Assembly: GCA_964244815.1 (NCBI GenBank)
Contig: CAXTKH010000002.1
Span: 10,437-74,436 of the forward strand
DNA: 64,000 nt
Direction: 5' to 3'
DNA from: an uncultured Aestuariivirga sp.
GTDB taxonomy: Bacteria; Pseudomonadota; Alphaproteobacteria; Rhizobiales; Aestuariivirgaceae
Shown here: one piece after another, positions 10,485-21,437 of the stretch
How positions within the stretch are numbered: the first letter of the stretch is position 1
How the letters are laid out: the number at the start of each line of letters is the position of its first letter
Translations under genes and position numbers: made by a program
Notes under the pieces: model-generated
The model's input: the letters and a program-made list of their open reading frames with translations, nothing else
Told to the model about the DNA's origin: nothing
The model's database searches: none

Positions 10485-11828
10485 ATGCCCGTCACCATCC
10501 TGATGCCCGCTCTTTCCCCCACCATGGAAAAGGGCAAGCTTGCCAAATGGCTCAAGAAAGAGGGCGATAAGGTGAAGTCCGGTGACGTGCTGGCCGAAAT
10601 CGAAACCGATAAAGCCACCATGGAAATTGAAGCCATTGATGAAGGCACATTGGGCAAGATCATCGTGGCCGAGGGCACGGAAGATGTGTTGGTCAATGCG
10701 CCCATTGCTGTGATTTTAGGCGAAGGGGAGAAGATGAGTGATGTGTCTTCGCAGCCCTCTCCTGGCGCTAAAGCGCCTGTCTCTCCCGCAAGGGGAGAGA
10801 CTCAGAAAGAAGTAACGACACCAACACAAAACCAAGTCTCTCCCCTTGCGGGAGAGACAGTCGCGCTTCGCGACGGAGCGGGGCCTTCTTCAACCCGCCT
10901 CTTCGCCACGCCACTCGCCCGCCGCCTTGCAGCACAAAAAAATATCAACCTGCAATCCATTTCAGGTTCCGGCCCGTACGGACGTATAGTCGCGAAAGAT
11001 CTCGAGACGGCGCAGGCTGCTCCCCAATTTACAGCAGGCGCGCGAGGTGCGGCCACAGCCTCGGGGGCAAACGTGGCCGCATCGTCCCCCTCGGAAGCAT
11101 CTGTCCTCAAACTGTTCGAAGATGGCTCCTACGATTTGATACCGCATGACGGCATGCGCAAAACCATCGCGCGCCGCCTCACAGAATCGAAACAAACCGT
11201 TCCGCATTTCTATGTGACAGTTGATATTTCACTGGAAAACCTGCTGTCCCTGCGTGAGCGGCTGAATCTGCAAGCGCCGAAGGACAAAGATGGCAAGCCC
11301 GCATGGAAAGTCTCAGTCAATGATTTCGTGATCAAAGCCATGGCCATGGCACTGATCAAAGTGCCAGACGCCAATGTCAGCTGGACGGAAAACAATATGG
11401 TGAAACACCACCACGCCGATGTGGGCGTCGCAGTGTCGATCCCCGGTGGCTTGATCACGCCAATCGTGCGCAAAGCCCAAACCAAGGGCCTAGCACAAAT
11501 CTCCATCGAGATGAAAGATTATGCCGCGCGAGCCAAATCGCGCAAACTCAATCCATCGGAATATACGGGCGGCTCGACCTCCGTTTCCAACATGGGCATG
11601 ATGGGGGTTAAAAACTTCCAAGCCATCGTCAACCCACCGCAAGCGACAATACTGGCCGTGGGTGCAGGCGAACGGAGACCTGTGGTGCGCGGCAATGAGA
11701 TTGTGATTGAACAGTTGATGAGTGTGACGCTCTCGACAGATCACCGCGCGGTGGATGGTGCGTTGGGTGCGGAGTTCTTGGGGGCGATTAAGATGTATCT
11801 CGAAGAACCCGGGTTGATGTTGGTGTGA
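10485..11828 (+). CDS. pdhC: Pyruvate dehydrogenase E2 component (dihydrolipoamide acetyltransferase)
   Basis: Lipoyl domain, E3-binding domain (ATPLARRLAAQKNINL) and catalytic domain with the DHRAVDG motif. Confidence 0.95.
   Translation: MPVTILMPALSPTMEKGKLAKWLKKEGDKVKSGDVLAEIETDKATMEIEAIDEGTLGKIIVAEGTEDVLVNAPIAVILGEGEKMSDVSSQPSPGAKAPVSPARGETQKEVTTPTQNQVSPLAGETVALRDGAGPSSTRLFATPLARRLAAQKNINLQSISGSGPYGRIVAKDLETAQAAPQFTAGARGAATASGANVAASSPSEASVLKLFEDGSYDLIPHDGMRKTIARRLTESKQTVPHFYVTVDISLENLLSLRERLNLQAPKDKDGKPAWKVSVNDFVIKAMAMALIKVPDANVSWTENNMVKHHHADVGVAVSIPGGLITPIVRKAQTKGLAQISIEMKDYAARAKSRKLNPSEYTGGSTSVSNMGMMGVKNFQAIVNPPQATILAVGAGERRPVVRGNEIVIEQLMSVTLSTDHRAVDGALGAEFLGAIKMYLEEPGLMLV
10755..10885. 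repeat. Second copy of the palindromic element, inside the pdhC linker (hairpins at 10779-10801 and 10836-10858)
   Basis: gtctctccc-gcaag-gggagagac and gtctctccc-cttgc-gggagagac. The 57-nt hairpin spacing and the flanking sequence match the pdhB copy. Confidence 0.9.
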
Positions 11829-11973
11829 CGATGGATCCGAAAATCCAGCAAAACGGTGGCGGGCCTGGTCGCGGATGTTTAATTATATCAATTATAGGTG
11901 GTATTTTGCTGCTTATGCTGCTGTGGCCAGTTTTTCATTTATTGTATGTGCTTTCACACATGGGGAAAATGGG

Positions 11974-12612
11974 ATGAAATCCATCCTCGCATTCGGTGAT
12001 TCACTCACTTGGGGCTATAACGCATCCACTGGCATGCGCATGGCATATGAAGATCGCTGGCCAAATGTCCTCGCTGCTGGCCTCAATAACACCGCCCGCG
12101 TGATTGAAGAGGGCATGAACGGACGCACCACGGTGTTTGATGATCCGACCGTGGAAGAAAATCGCAATGGCGCTGTGGGCTTGCCGATCGCGCTGAAAAC
12201 CCATCAGCCGCTTGACCTCGTCATCATCATGCTGGGCACCAATGATGTTAAATATGCCAGCCGCTGCCGCGCCTTTGATGCATCGATGGGAATGGAGCGC
12301 TTGGTCAATCTCACGCGCAAGCATAATTGGTCTGGCACTTACGTCTGCCCACCCATTGTCATCATGTCGCCACCTTGCTTGGTGCCCACTAAAAACGAGT
12401 GGTTCAACGATCTTTGGGGCCATGCAATTGAAGAGTCAAAATTCTTCGCCCATCATTATTCTCGAATTGCGAAAGAATTGGATATTCATTTCTTTGATGC
12501 GGGTTCAGTGGCAAATGCCAGCGAAGTAGATGGCGGGCATTTGGATGTCGCAAATACGAAAGCGATTGGCGCAGCATTGGTGCCTGTGGTGAAGAAGATT
12601 TTGGAGATTTAA
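11974..12612 (+). CDS. SGNH/GDSL-family hydrolase (arylesterase-like)
   Basis: ILAFGDSLTWGY (block I) and DGGHLD (block V). The start is uncertain: the track ORF begins at 11875, and the ATG at 11974 gives MKSILAFGDS. Confidence 0.8.
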   Translation: MKSILAFGDSLTWGYNASTGMRMAYEDRWPNVLAAGLNNTARVIEEGMNGRTTVFDDPTVEENRNGAVGLPIALKTHQPLDLVIIMLGTNDVKYASRCRAFDASMGMERLVNLTRKHNWSGTYVCPPIVIMSPPCLVPTKNEWFNDLWGHAIEESKFFAHHYSRIAKELDIHFFDAGSVANASEVDGGHLDVANTKAIGAALVPVVKKILEI

Positions 12613-12613
12613 A

Positions 12614-14053
12614 ATGGCCGAAACAAATTTCGACGTTCTCATCATCGGCGCAGGGCCGGGCGGCTATGTAACTGCTATCCGCGCCGCGCAGCTCGGCTTC
12701 AAAGTGGCCCTCGTAGAGCGCGAACATTTGGGCGGCATCTGCCTCAACTGGGGTTGCATTCCCACCAAAGCTCTGCTGCGTTCAGCAGAAATTTATACCT
12801 ACATGAACCACGCGTCTGATTATGGCTTGAGTGCAGACAATATCAAATATGACCCCACCAAAGTTGTCGCCCGTTCGCGTGCCGTGTCGGCCCGCCTCAC
12901 CATGGGTGTGAATGGTCTGCTCAAGAAAAACAAAGTGCAAATCATCTGGGGCGAAGCCAAAATCACCAAGCCGGGCGAAGTAGTGGTGATTGATACGGTG
13001 AAGGCGGTTATGCAGCCACAAAACGCACCGCCGAAGGGGGTTATGGGGGCAGGAACATACACCGCCAAACACATCATCCTCGCCACAGGAGCACGCCCTC
13101 GCGTTCTCCCCGGCCTGGAGCATGATGGCAAATTGGTGTGGAGCTATTTCGAAGCCATGGTGCCGAAGGAAATGCCGAAATCACTTTTGGTTGTGGGTTC
13201 AGGTGCCATCGGTATTGAATTTGCAAGCTTCTATAACGCCATGGGCGTTGATGTGACTGTGGTGGAAATCATGGATCAAATCATGCCGGTGGAAGATGTC
13301 GAAATCTCAAAGTTCGCCCAGAAGCAGTTGGAAAAACATGGGCTTAAGTTCAAGCTCTCATCCAAAGTCGCAAGTTTGAAAAAGGGTGCCAACAACGTTA
13401 CCGCCACTATCGAAACCGCAGGCAAGATAGAAACCATCACTGTTGACCGCGTTATCGCCGCCACTGGCGTTGTGGGCAATATCGAAGGCCTTGGCCTTGA
13501 AGCGTTGGGTGTCAAAACCGATAAGGGCTGCGTTATAACAGATGGCTATGGCCGCACCAATGTGGCTGGATTGTACGCCATTGGCGATGTGGCAGGCCCG
13601 CCCATGTTGGCCCACAAAGCCGAGCATGAAGGTGTCATTTGTGTGGAGAAAATCAAGGGCTTAGACGCTCATCCGATGAAAAAGGATCAAATCCCCGGCT
13701 GCACCTATTGCCACCCACAAGTCGCATCCGTCGGCCTCACCGAGGCCAAGGCCAAAGCCGCAGGCTTCGAAGTCAAAGTAGGCAAATTCCCATTCCTCGC
13801 CAACGGCAAAGCCATTGCATTGGGCGAAGATCAAGGCCTGATCAAAACCATCTTCGATGCCAAAACCGGACGTTTGCTAGGTGCACATATGGTGGGCGCT
13901 GAAGTGACTGAATTGATCCAAGGCTATGTCATCGCCATGGGATTAGAGACCACAGAAGAAGAGCTGATGCACACAGTGTTCCCGCATCCAACCCTATCTG
14001 AAATGATGCACGAAAGCGTATTGGACGCCTACGGCCGCGTCATTCATATGTAA
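12614..14053 (+). CDS. lpdA: Dihydrolipoyl dehydrogenase (E3)
   Basis: FAD motif GAGPGGY, redox-active GGICLNWGCIPTK, and the C-terminal HPTLSE motif. Confidence 0.95.
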   Translation: MAETNFDVLIIGAGPGGYVTAIRAAQLGFKVALVEREHLGGICLNWGCIPTKALLRSAEIYTYMNHASDYGLSADNIKYDPTKVVARSRAVSARLTMGVNGLLKKNKVQIIWGEAKITKPGEVVVIDTVKAVMQPQNAPPKGVMGAGTYTAKHIILATGARPRVLPGLEHDGKLVWSYFEAMVPKEMPKSLLVVGSGAIGIEFASFYNAMGVDVTVVEIMDQIMPVEDVEISKFAQKQLEKHGLKFKLSSKVASLKKGANNVTATIETAGKIETITVDRVIAATGVVGNIEGLGLEALGVKTDKGCVITDGYGRTNVAGLYAIGDVAGPPMLAHKAEHEGVICVEKIKGLDAHPMKKDQIPGCTYCHPQVASVGLTEAKAKAAGFEVKVGKFPFLANGKAIALGEDQGLIKTIFDAKTGRLLGAHMVGAEVTELIQGYVIAMGLETTEEELMHTVFPHPTLSEMMHESVLDAYGRVIHM

Positions 14054-14119
14054 GGTGCTTCAGTCTTGAATATGAAACACCCATGGGCCATATCTGCTGC
14101 GAACATACGAGGGGCAGGA

Positions 14120-14368
14120 ATGGACACCAAAAACATCATCATCGCTATCGTCATGGGTCTTGTGGCTGGTTGGCTCGCCAGCTGGGTTATCGGGCCAGGC
14201 GGCGTTGTGCAGTATTTAATTAGCGGCGTCTTAGGCTCGTTCGTTGGCTCTTATGTTTTAAATGCGATGAAAATCGATTTAGGCATTCGCAATGAAATTG
14301 GTCGCGATATTGCGACGGCAACAATTGGCGCGGTCATCGTTATGATCATCGCCAGAATTTTACACTGA
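14120..14368 (+). CDS. GlsB/YeaQ/YmgE-family small membrane protein, copy 1
   Basis: About 82 aa with three hydrophobic helices (GLVAGWLASWV...). The ATG at 14120 is preferred over the track start at 14066. Confidence 0.75.
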   Translation: MDTKNIIIAIVMGLVAGWLASWVIGPGGVVQYLISGVLGSFVGSYVLNAMKIDLGIRNEIGRDIATATIGAVIVMIIARILH

Positions 14369-14380
14369 AGGGGATTGTTT

Positions 14381-14671
14381 ATGGATCAGATCATGCAGTT
14401 GGGTTCTGTTGGTATTGGTGGTACAATTTTGATTGGCATTGTTGCAGGTTGGATTGCTGAGAAATTAACGAGATCAAATGTGGGCCTCATCGTGAATTTG
14501 ATCACGGGCATTATTGGTTCATGGATTGGCTTTTTCATTGCAAAACAAGCTGGCATTCAACTTGGTGAAGTTTTCCACGGTTGGTTCTGGGGCAATTTGA
14601 TTGTTTCTGCTGCGGGTGCAGTGCTGTTGCTGATGGTGCTTAAAATGTTGCGTGGCAGCCGTCGCGTTTAA
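14381..14671 (+). CDS. GlsB/YeaQ/YmgE-family small membrane protein, copy 2 (tandem paralogue)
   Basis: GIVAGWIAEKL motif. The ATG at 14381 is preceded by GAAGGGGA. Confidence 0.75.
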   Translation: MDQIMQLGSVGIGGTILIGIVAGWIAEKLTRSNVGLIVNLITGIIGSWIGFFIAKQAGIQLGEVFHGWFWGNLIVSAAGAVLLLMVLKMLRGSRRV

Positions 14672-14674
14672 GTT

Positions 14675-15613
14675 ATGGCCACGCTTGTTGACACGTTAAA
14701 GCCCAGACATCCGGAAAAGGCCAACCGCCCCGAAACGCCAATCTTGCGCAAGCCAGATTGGATCAGGGTGAAGGCTCCCGGCTCTGCGATCTATGCGGAA
14801 ACGCAAAAGATTGTGCGTGAAAACAAGTTAGTTACCGTGTGTGAAGAAGCAGGCTGCCCGAACATCGGCGAATGCTGGTCAAAAAAACACGCGACCTTTA
14901 TGGTGATGGGCGACACCTGCACCAGGGCATGCGCCTTCTGCAACGTCAAAACTGGAATGCCCGAAGCGCTTGACATTGGCGAGCCAGCCCGCGTTGCCGA
15001 TGCCGTGGCGCGCATGGGGCTATCGCATTCGGTTATTACTTCGGTTGACCGCGATGACTTGGCCGATGGTGGCGCATTTCACATTGCAGAAGTGATCCGC
15101 GAAATCCGCAAGGCCTCGCCTTCAACAACAATCGAAGTGTTGACGCCTGACTTTTTGAAAAAAGAGGGTGCGCTTGAACTTGTGGTCGAAGCGAAACCAG
15201 ATGTGTTCAACCACAATCTCGAAACCGTGCCCGGCCTTTATCTCAAAATCCGCCCCGGTGCGCGTTATTTCCATTCTTTGCGATTGCTGGAACGCGTGAA
15301 AGAACTCGACCCAACCATGTTCACCAAATCCGGCATCATGGTGGGCCTCGGCGAAACCCGCGAACAAGTGATGCAAGTGATGGATGATATGCGTTCAGCC
15401 CACATCGACTTCATCACCATCGGCCAATATTTGCAACCAACGCGCAAACACGCGGCCATTGACCGATTTGTCACGCCTGATGAGTTCAAATCATACGAAA
15501 CATTGGCCTATTCAAAAGGCTTCCTTATGGTGTCGTCTTCACCGCTTACGCGTTCGTCACACCATGCCGGCGATGACTTTGCCAAACTCCAAGCCGCGAG
15601 AGCTAAACAGTAA
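14675..15613 (+). CDS. lipA: Lipoyl synthase
   Basis: Radical-SAM motif CTRACAFC plus the auxiliary cluster motif [12 protein letters not shown]. Confidence 0.96.
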   Translation: MATLVDTLKPRHPEKANRPETPILRKPDWIRVKAPGSAIYAETQKIVRENKLVTVCEEAGCPNIGECWSKKHATFMVMGDTCTRACAFCNVKTGMPEALDIGEPARVADAVARMGLSHSVITSVDRDDLADGGAFHIAEVIREIRKASPSTTIEVLTPDFLKKEGALELVVEAKPDVFNHNLETVPGLYLKIRPGARYFHSLRLLERVKELDPTMFTKSGIMVGLGETREQVMQVMDDMRSAHIDFITIGQYLQPTRKHAAIDRFVTPDEFKSYETLAYSKGFLMVSSSPLTRSSHHAGDDFAKLQAARAKQ

Positions 15614-16081
15614 TTGCCAAAATTCTCTATCACGCGCCGCGTTAACCTGAGCATTGATCAGGCATTCGCAATCGCCGCTGACGTTGCCTCATACAAAGAT
15701 TTCTTGCCGCTTTTAAAACGCTCGGTCATTCGTGGTGAAAGAAAGCGCATTGGTGATATTGAAACGTTTGACGCAGATTTACAGGTCGCATTTGAAAAAC
15801 TGGGATTGCGAGAAACCTTCACCAGCCAAGTGACCATCAACGCATCTGATCACACTGTCACCGCGACCTCATCTGATGGACCAATGAAAGCTCTCAAAGC
15901 TGTTTGGAAAATTGTTGGTATAGAAAACGATATAGCTGATGTTTCCATCACTGTTGAATACACGATGAAAAGCATGATGCTGCAGATGGTGGCGGGGGGG
16001 CTGACCGATTTCGCCGCGCAAAAAATCATGCAGGCATTTGAAGCTCGCGGCAAAGCGCTTTATGGAAGCGCTGTGAGCTGA
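15614..16081 (+). CDS. SRPBCC-superfamily protein (RatA/Coq10-like polyketide cyclase/dehydrase fold)
   Basis: Length and position directly after lipA, as in other Rhizobiales. The start is a TTG in the track. Confidence 0.7.
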   Translation: MPKFSITRRVNLSIDQAFAIAADVASYKDFLPLLKRSVIRGERKRIGDIETFDADLQVAFEKLGLRETFTSQVTINASDHTVTATSSDGPMKALKAVWKIVGIENDIADVSITVEYTMKSMMLQMVAGGLTDFAAQKIMQAFEARGKALYGSAVS

Positions 16082-16542
16082 TCGAGCAAGAGTTGAAGCG
16101 CAAAATCGCGCGCCTTTACCCGAACTTCCAACCGTCCTACATCTCCAAATCTCTTTTCAGAACGCGCGGTTGGAAGGTTTTGTGCCGCAACCGCAAAATG
16201 CACCAAGCCAACTGGCTTTTCGGCGCTTCCGCCACCAGGGCCAGCAACACCAGTGATCGCTACAGAAATCTGTGCTTTGGAAAACAGCAATGCACCTTCG
16301 GCCATGGCTACAGCTACTTCAGAACTCACCGCGCCATGCGTCAAAATCAAAGTGGGCACTATCCCTAGCATTTCAGTTTTCGCAGAATTTGAATAAGTCA
16401 CAAATCCACGGTCAAACACATCTGAACAGCCTGCGACATCAGTAATCGCAACGGCAACCATTCCTCCTGTGCAGCTTTCAGCAGTAGCAAGCCTCCAATC
16501 TTTGGATCGTAAGGCAGCAATTACTTTTTCCGCAACGCTCAT
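16060..16542 (-). CDS. CinA C-terminal domain protein (nicotinamide-nucleotide amidohydrolase PncC-like)
   Basis: ATAESCTGG motif. It overlaps ispDF by 4 nt and the convergent SRPBCC gene by 22 nt. Confidence 0.85.
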   Translation of the reverse strand: MSVAEKVIAALRSKDWRLATAESCTGGMVAVAITDVAGCSDVFDRGFVTYSNSAKTEMLGIVPTLILTHGAVSSEVAVAMAEGALLFSKAQISVAITGVAGPGGGSAEKPVGLVHFAVAAQNLPTARSEKRFGDVGRLEVRVKARDFALQLLLDQLTALP

Positions 16543-17711
16543 AGCGGCAACCGCACGGTGGCCGTTGCAAATGCCGCCATGCCTTCTTTACGTCCAATTG
16601 ATCCCATTTTTTCTGTCGTTGTCGCTTTGATTGCAATACGATCAGCCGATATCTGGAGCAGGGGTGCCAACACCGATTTCATAGCAGCAATATGAGGGCT
16701 GACCTTCGGCGCTTCAGCCAAAATCGTTAAATCAACATTCGACAAGATGCCGCCACGCGCCACCAACAATCCCATCGCCTTGTTCAAGAATATCGACGAT
16801 GCCGCATTTTTCCATTGCATGTCACTGGGTGGAAAATGCGTCCCAATATCACCTTCACCAATGGCCCCGAGAATAGCATCAGTTAAAGCATGCATCGCCA
16901 CGTCCGCATCGGAATGCCCTTTCAGTTTATGAATGTGCGGTATTTCCACGCCACATAGAGTAACAAACTTGCCTTTCTCAAATACATGAAAATCAATCCC
17001 TTGCCCCATGCGCACATCAGGCCGTTCCACAAACAATCGCATATTCAATTCAGCGTTAGCCGTTTCAACATCTGCCTTCGTCGTCAGTTTTTTATTCTGC
17101 TGTTCGCCAGCCACAATCCGAACTTCCATTCCTGCAAATTCAGCAACCGCAGCGTCATCTGTTAAACCATTTTGTAACTCGCGCGAGGCTTTACGGTGAG
17201 CTTCTAAAATTTTCAGAAATGAAAATCCTTGTGGCGTTTGCACAAACCACATTGCCGAACGATCAACAGTTTTTGTGATCACGCCACCTGGTGCATATTT
17301 CATCGTATCGGCAACAGGCAATCCCGGGATAACCGCATTGGCATGTTCGAGTTCAGCAATAACTTCGCTTATTAAGTCTGCTGAAATGAATGGCCGTGCC
17401 GCGTCGTGCACGAGAACCTTCGTGGGCTTTGCTGATACACATGCCTCAACGCCCAATCTGCATGATTCCTGGCGTGTGGAACCGCCAACAACTGGTGGTG
17501 TGAAGGTTAACCCCTGAGTTGCCGCTTTGAACAATGCCTCATGGCCCGCTCCAATAACGCATTGAACGAACGATATGGCTGGATGATCCAGAAATACCTT
17601 CAACGTCCACCAAATCACCGGTTTACCACCGATCAATTGATATTGTTTGGGTATTTCGCCCCCGACGCGCAGGCCGCTTCCGCCTGCAACAATCACTGCT
17701 GCCACTGTCAT
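16539..17711 (-). CDS. ispDF: Bifunctional 2-C-methyl-D-erythritol 4-phosphate cytidylyltransferase / MEcPP synthase
   Basis: N-terminal IspD (AAVIVAGGSGLR) fused to C-terminal IspF (GQGIDFHVF...GHSDADV). Confidence 0.95.
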   Translation of the reverse strand: MTVAAVIVAGGSGLRVGGEIPKQYQLIGGKPVIWWTLKVFLDHPAISFVQCVIGAGHEALFKAATQGLTFTPPVVGGSTRQESCRLGVEACVSAKPTKVLVHDAARPFISADLISEVIAELEHANAVIPGLPVADTMKYAPGGVITKTVDRSAMWFVQTPQGFSFLKILEAHRKASRELQNGLTDDAAVAEFAGMEVRIVAGEQQNKKLTTKADVETANAELNMRLFVERPDVRMGQGIDFHVFEKGKFVTLCGVEIPHIHKLKGHSDADVAMHALTDAILGAIGEGDIGTHFPPSDMQWKNAASSIFLNKAMGLLVARGGILSNVDLTILAEAPKVSPHIAAMKSVLAPLLQISADRIAIKATTTEKMGSIGRKEGMAAFATATVRLPL

Positions 17712-17832
17712 GCAACAGCCTTAATCCATTCATGCACAAATGAGAATGCTGAAGCGTGTTTTTCACTTGACCTTATTGCATTGCAGCGTAAGAATGTCTA
17801 AAATTTAATCGCCAAACTGGATTGCTTAATAT

Positions 17833-18840
17833 ATGGGCATTATGATCGGGAATATCGAAACCCGGAACAACGTTTTTCTCGCACCGATGTCTGGCGTTAC
17901 TGATGAGCCCTTTCGTGCCATAGCGCACGACGCCGGAGCAGGCCTTGTCGTATCCGAAATGGTCGCAAGCGAAGAACTGGTTCGCGAACGGCCAGACATG
18001 ATGCGCCGCGCCCGTGGCCATAAAAAGCTTTCACCTTTCGTCATGCAGCTCGCAGGCCGTGAGGCGAAATGGATGAGCGAAGGCGTTCGCGTGGCTCAAG
18101 ACTTAGGCGCCGACATTATCGACATCAACATGGGTTGCCCCGCACGACAAGTCACTGGCGGGTTATCCGGCTCTGCACTGATGCGAGACTTGGATCATGC
18201 GCTCACTTTGATTGAAGCAACCGTCGCGGCAGCGCAAGTTCCTGTGACGCTTAAAATGCGTTTGGGTTGGGACGAAAAAATGCTCAACGCACCAGAACTC
18301 GCAAGGCGCGCCGAAGTGGCAGGCATCGCACTCATCACTGTACACGGGCGAACGCGCTGCCAATTCTACACAGGCAAAGCTGATTGGACAGCAATACGCG
18401 CCGTGCGCAACGCAATCAAAATTCCACTCATCGCAAATGGCGATGGCCAATCAGCAGAAGACGCACGTGCAATGATGGCCGCATCGGGAGCAGACGGGAT
18501 CATGATTGGACGTGGGAGCTATGGCAGGCCGTGGTGGCCCGGCGTTATTGCAGAACAGTTGAAAGCGAAATCTGGAACGATTGAGCCAACACTCGAGGAC
18601 GAACAAAATTACGTGTTGGCACAACAGGTAGGAACACTTGCTCTTTACGGAGAGACCTTTGGAAACCGAGCTTTCCGCAAACACTTAGGATGGACGATAT
18701 CCAGGTTGCAAAATCGGCAAATCATCACTCAAGAAAATTCTGAGCATTTGCGTGCCACACTTTTGCGCGAGCCCGACAATCAAAAAGTAAAAGCTGGAAT
18801 TCAAAAGATTTATGGCGAACATTTGGATAAAGCAGCATGA
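17833..18840 (+). CDS. dusB: tRNA-dihydrouridine synthase (NifR3/DusB)
   Basis: Dus family motifs (LAPMSGVTD, DINMGCP). It lies upstream of ntrBC, as in Rhizobiales. Confidence 0.9.
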   Translation: MGIMIGNIETRNNVFLAPMSGVTDEPFRAIAHDAGAGLVVSEMVASEELVRERPDMMRRARGHKKLSPFVMQLAGREAKWMSEGVRVAQDLGADIIDINMGCPARQVTGGLSGSALMRDLDHALTLIEATVAAAQVPVTLKMRLGWDEKMLNAPELARRAEVAGIALITVHGRTRCQFYTGKADWTAIRAVRNAIKIPLIANGDGQSAEDARAMMAASGADGIMIGRGSYGRPWWPGVIAEQLKAKSGTIEPTLEDEQNYVLAQQVGTLALYGETFGNRAFRKHLGWTISRLQNRQIITQENSEHLRATLLREPDNQKVKAGIQKIYGEHLDKAA

Positions 18841-19952
18841 CTTTAGAAAACCTTCCAAGCATGCGTTCAATTTTCGACACCTTGCCAAACCCGCTGCTCA
18901 TTTTCGATAGCGAGAAAAAAATCTGCACTGTGAACGCTGCAGCAGAAGATTTTTTTCAAGCCAGCAGCGCTGTTCTAGAACGTCAACATTTAAAAGACAT
19001 CGTGCCGTTTGCAAGCCCTGTTCTCGAGGCTGTCGAATACATCAGCAAAAACGGTGGTGTGATAAATGAATACGCAATCGGTGTCGGTACACCGCGCTGG
19101 GGCGGCGAACGAGTTGTCGACTTACAAACCACACCAATTGCCGACGACAACCGATTTGTAATGATCATGTTATTGCGAAGATCAATGGCGCACAAAATGG
19201 ACTCTCAACTTTTCCATCAGGGAGCGGCCCGCGCCGTGTCCAGCATGGCCGCCATGATGGCGCATGAAATAAAAAACCCTCTTTCCGGAATTCGTGGTGC
19301 AGCACAATTGCTTGAACCCAGTCTTGACGAAACTGACCGCCCTCTAGCTCGACTTATCTGTGAGGAAACTGACCGTATTCGCGATCTTGTAGACCAGATG
19401 GAAGTCTTTTCAGATGATCGACCCGTCAATCGCCAGCCAGTGAACATCCATGTTGTTTTAGATCGTGTAAAACATCTCATTCAAGCCAGCGCGCAAAATG
19501 GCGAGACCATTAAGGAAGAATACGATCCATCGCTACCAGCTGTCAGCGGCAACCATGATCAATTGGTTCAAGTATTCTTAAACCTCGCTAAAAATGCGGC
19601 AGAGGCACTTCTGGATTCTCAAGGTACACGAGAGATAACTTTTACAACAGCTTTCAAACCAGGCATGAAGCTTCTTGTTGCAGGTTCGCCTGAGCGCGTT
19701 TCCTTACCCCTTGAAGTTTGCATCCATGACACAGGCCAAGGCATAGCAGAAGAATTGCGCCCCCATATTTTCGATCCGTTTGTCACAAGCAAACCCCAGG
19801 GCCGCGGCCTAGGTCTGGCACTCGTTGCAAAAATCGTGGCTGACCACGGCGGTGTCGTTGAATGTCTGCCGCGCGAAATCGGAACAACATTTCGCGTTCT
19901 ACTGCCACTTATCCGAACTGCGCCACCAGAGAACAAGGATTCTATTTCATGA
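18837..19952 (+). CDS. ntrB: Nitrogen regulation sensor histidine kinase NtrB
   Basis: PAS domain, H-box [17 protein letters not shown] and an HATPase domain. It is followed by ntrC with an ATGA overlap. Confidence 0.9.
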   Translation: MTLENLPSMRSIFDTLPNPLLIFDSEKKICTVNAAAEDFFQASSAVLERQHLKDIVPFASPVLEAVEYISKNGGVINEYAIGVGTPRWGGERVVDLQTTPIADDNRFVMIMLLRRSMAHKMDSQLFHQGAARAVSSMAAMMAHEIKNPLSGIRGAAQLLEPSLDETDRPLARLICEETDRIRDLVDQMEVFSDDRPVNRQPVNIHVVLDRVKHLIQASAQNGETIKEEYDPSLPAVSGNHDQLVQVFLNLAKNAAEALLDSQGTREITFTTAFKPGMKLLVAGSPERVSLPLEVCIHDTGQGIAEELRPHIFDPFVTSKPQGRGLGLALVAKIVADHGGVVECLPREIGTTFRVLLPLIRTAPPENKDSIS

Positions 19953-21388
19953 ATGTAAAAACTGTTCTTTTGGCCGATGATGATAGTGCTATTCGCACGG
20001 TGTTAACACAAGCACTAAACCGGGCAGGTTACACGGTCAGATCGACATCAACAGCCAGCATCCTGTGGCGTTGGGTCAGTGAAGGGCAGGGCGACATCAT
20101 CGTTACCGATGTTGTTCTTCCGGATGAAAACATTTTTGACGTGCTTCCCCGAATCAAAAAAGCCCGTCCCAAAATGCCAGTGATCGTGATGAGTGCGCAA
20201 AACACAATCATGACCGCAATCCGCGCAAATGAACTAGGGGCCTATGACTATTTACCAAAACCTTTTGATCTCAATGTGCTTGTGCAAACAGTGGGCCGCG
20301 CGGCTGAACAGTCGACAAAAGCAACGCCCCGCGCTATCGAGAATACAGAAAATTTGCCCATCATTGGGCGCTCCACAGCGATGCAAGAAATCTACCGCGT
20401 GATTGCGCGTTTGACGCAAACTGATCTGACCGTAACGATCATCGGCGAAAGTGGCACTGGCAAAGAACTTGTAGCGCGTGCACTGCATGATTTCAGCAAA
20501 CGTCGCAAAGGGCCTTTTGTAGCCATTAATATGGCAGCAATTCCGCGCGAATTAATTGAGTCAGAATTGTTTGGCCATGAGAAGGGTTCGTTCACAGGGG
20601 CAAATGCCAGAATGGCTGGCCGTTTCGAGCAAGCAGAAGGCGGAAGTTTGTTTCTGGACGAAATTGGCGACATGCCGCTTGAAGCGCAAACACGTTTACT
20701 ACGAGTTTTGCAGCAAGGTGAGTACACCAGCGTTGGCGGCAATGCGCCGATCAAAACAAACGTCAGAATTATTGCTGCAACGCACCGGGATTTACGCCAC
20801 ATCATTTCTCAAGGCCAATTCCGCGAAGACCTTTTTTTCCGTCTGAACGTGGTTCCTTTACGATTGCCGCCGCTGCGCGAGCGGACGGAAGACATCCCGG
20901 ATTTGATCAGGCATTTTCTCAACACCGCTACAGATGAAGGCCTCCCTCACAAAGAAATGTCACCTGCCGCGATGGAAGAACTTAAATCGCATCGCTGGCC
21001 CGGCAACGTCCGTGAGCTTGAAAATCTTGTTAAGCGCCTTGTGGCAATGGAAGTTGATGATACGATTTCACTGGACTCTGTTAAGCGAGAGCTGAGCGGC
21101 ATACAAGAAACCGAAACAAATTCTGCGGCCCGTGCCCAGCCAGACCGCCTTTCTGATTTCATGGAACAGTATCTGGCTAAATACATTTCCACCTTTGGCG
21201 ACCAACTTCCGCCCGACGGTTTGTATGAACGCATGCTTGCTGAAATCGAACCACCACTGCTCCATGCGGTGTTAGTGGCAACCAGAGGCAATCAATTAAA
21301 GGCAGCGGACGTTCTTGGCATCAATCGTAATACTCTAAGATCAAAACTTAAACAGAGGCAGATCAAGCCTTTAAGAGGCATGTTTTAA
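19949..21388 (+). CDS. ntrC: Sigma-54-dependent response regulator NtrC
   Basis: Receiver domain, AAA+ domain ([14 protein letters not shown]) and a Fis-type HTH. The start ATG at 19949 overlaps the ntrB stop. Confidence 0.93.
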   Translation: MNVKTVLLADDDSAIRTVLTQALNRAGYTVRSTSTASILWRWVSEGQGDIIVTDVVLPDENIFDVLPRIKKARPKMPVIVMSAQNTIMTAIRANELGAYDYLPKPFDLNVLVQTVGRAAEQSTKATPRAIENTENLPIIGRSTAMQEIYRVIARLTQTDLTVTIIGESGTGKELVARALHDFSKRRKGPFVAINMAAIPRELIESELFGHEKGSFTGANARMAGRFEQAEGGSLFLDEIGDMPLEAQTRLLRVLQQGEYTSVGGNAPIKTNVRIIAATHRDLRHIISQGQFREDLFFRLNVVPLRLPPLRERTEDIPDLIRHFLNTATDEGLPHKEMSPAAMEELKSHRWPGNVRELENLVKRLVAMEVDDTISLDSVKRELSGIQETETNSAARAQPDRLSDFMEQYLAKYISTFGDQLPPDGLYERMLAEIEPPLLHAVLVATRGNQLKAADVLGINRNTLRSKLKQRQIKPLRGMF

Positions 21389-21437
21389 GTTTTAGTTCTA
21401 GTGGAAACCGATAGTGACTTAAATGCCACAATGACTG

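Noticed and set aside
12329-12346. A sigma-54-like element: ctggcacttacgtctgc.
   Set aside because: The GG-to-GC spacing is off by one from TGGCAC-N5-TTGC, the TTGC part is degenerate, and it lies inside the SGNH hydrolase coding sequence.
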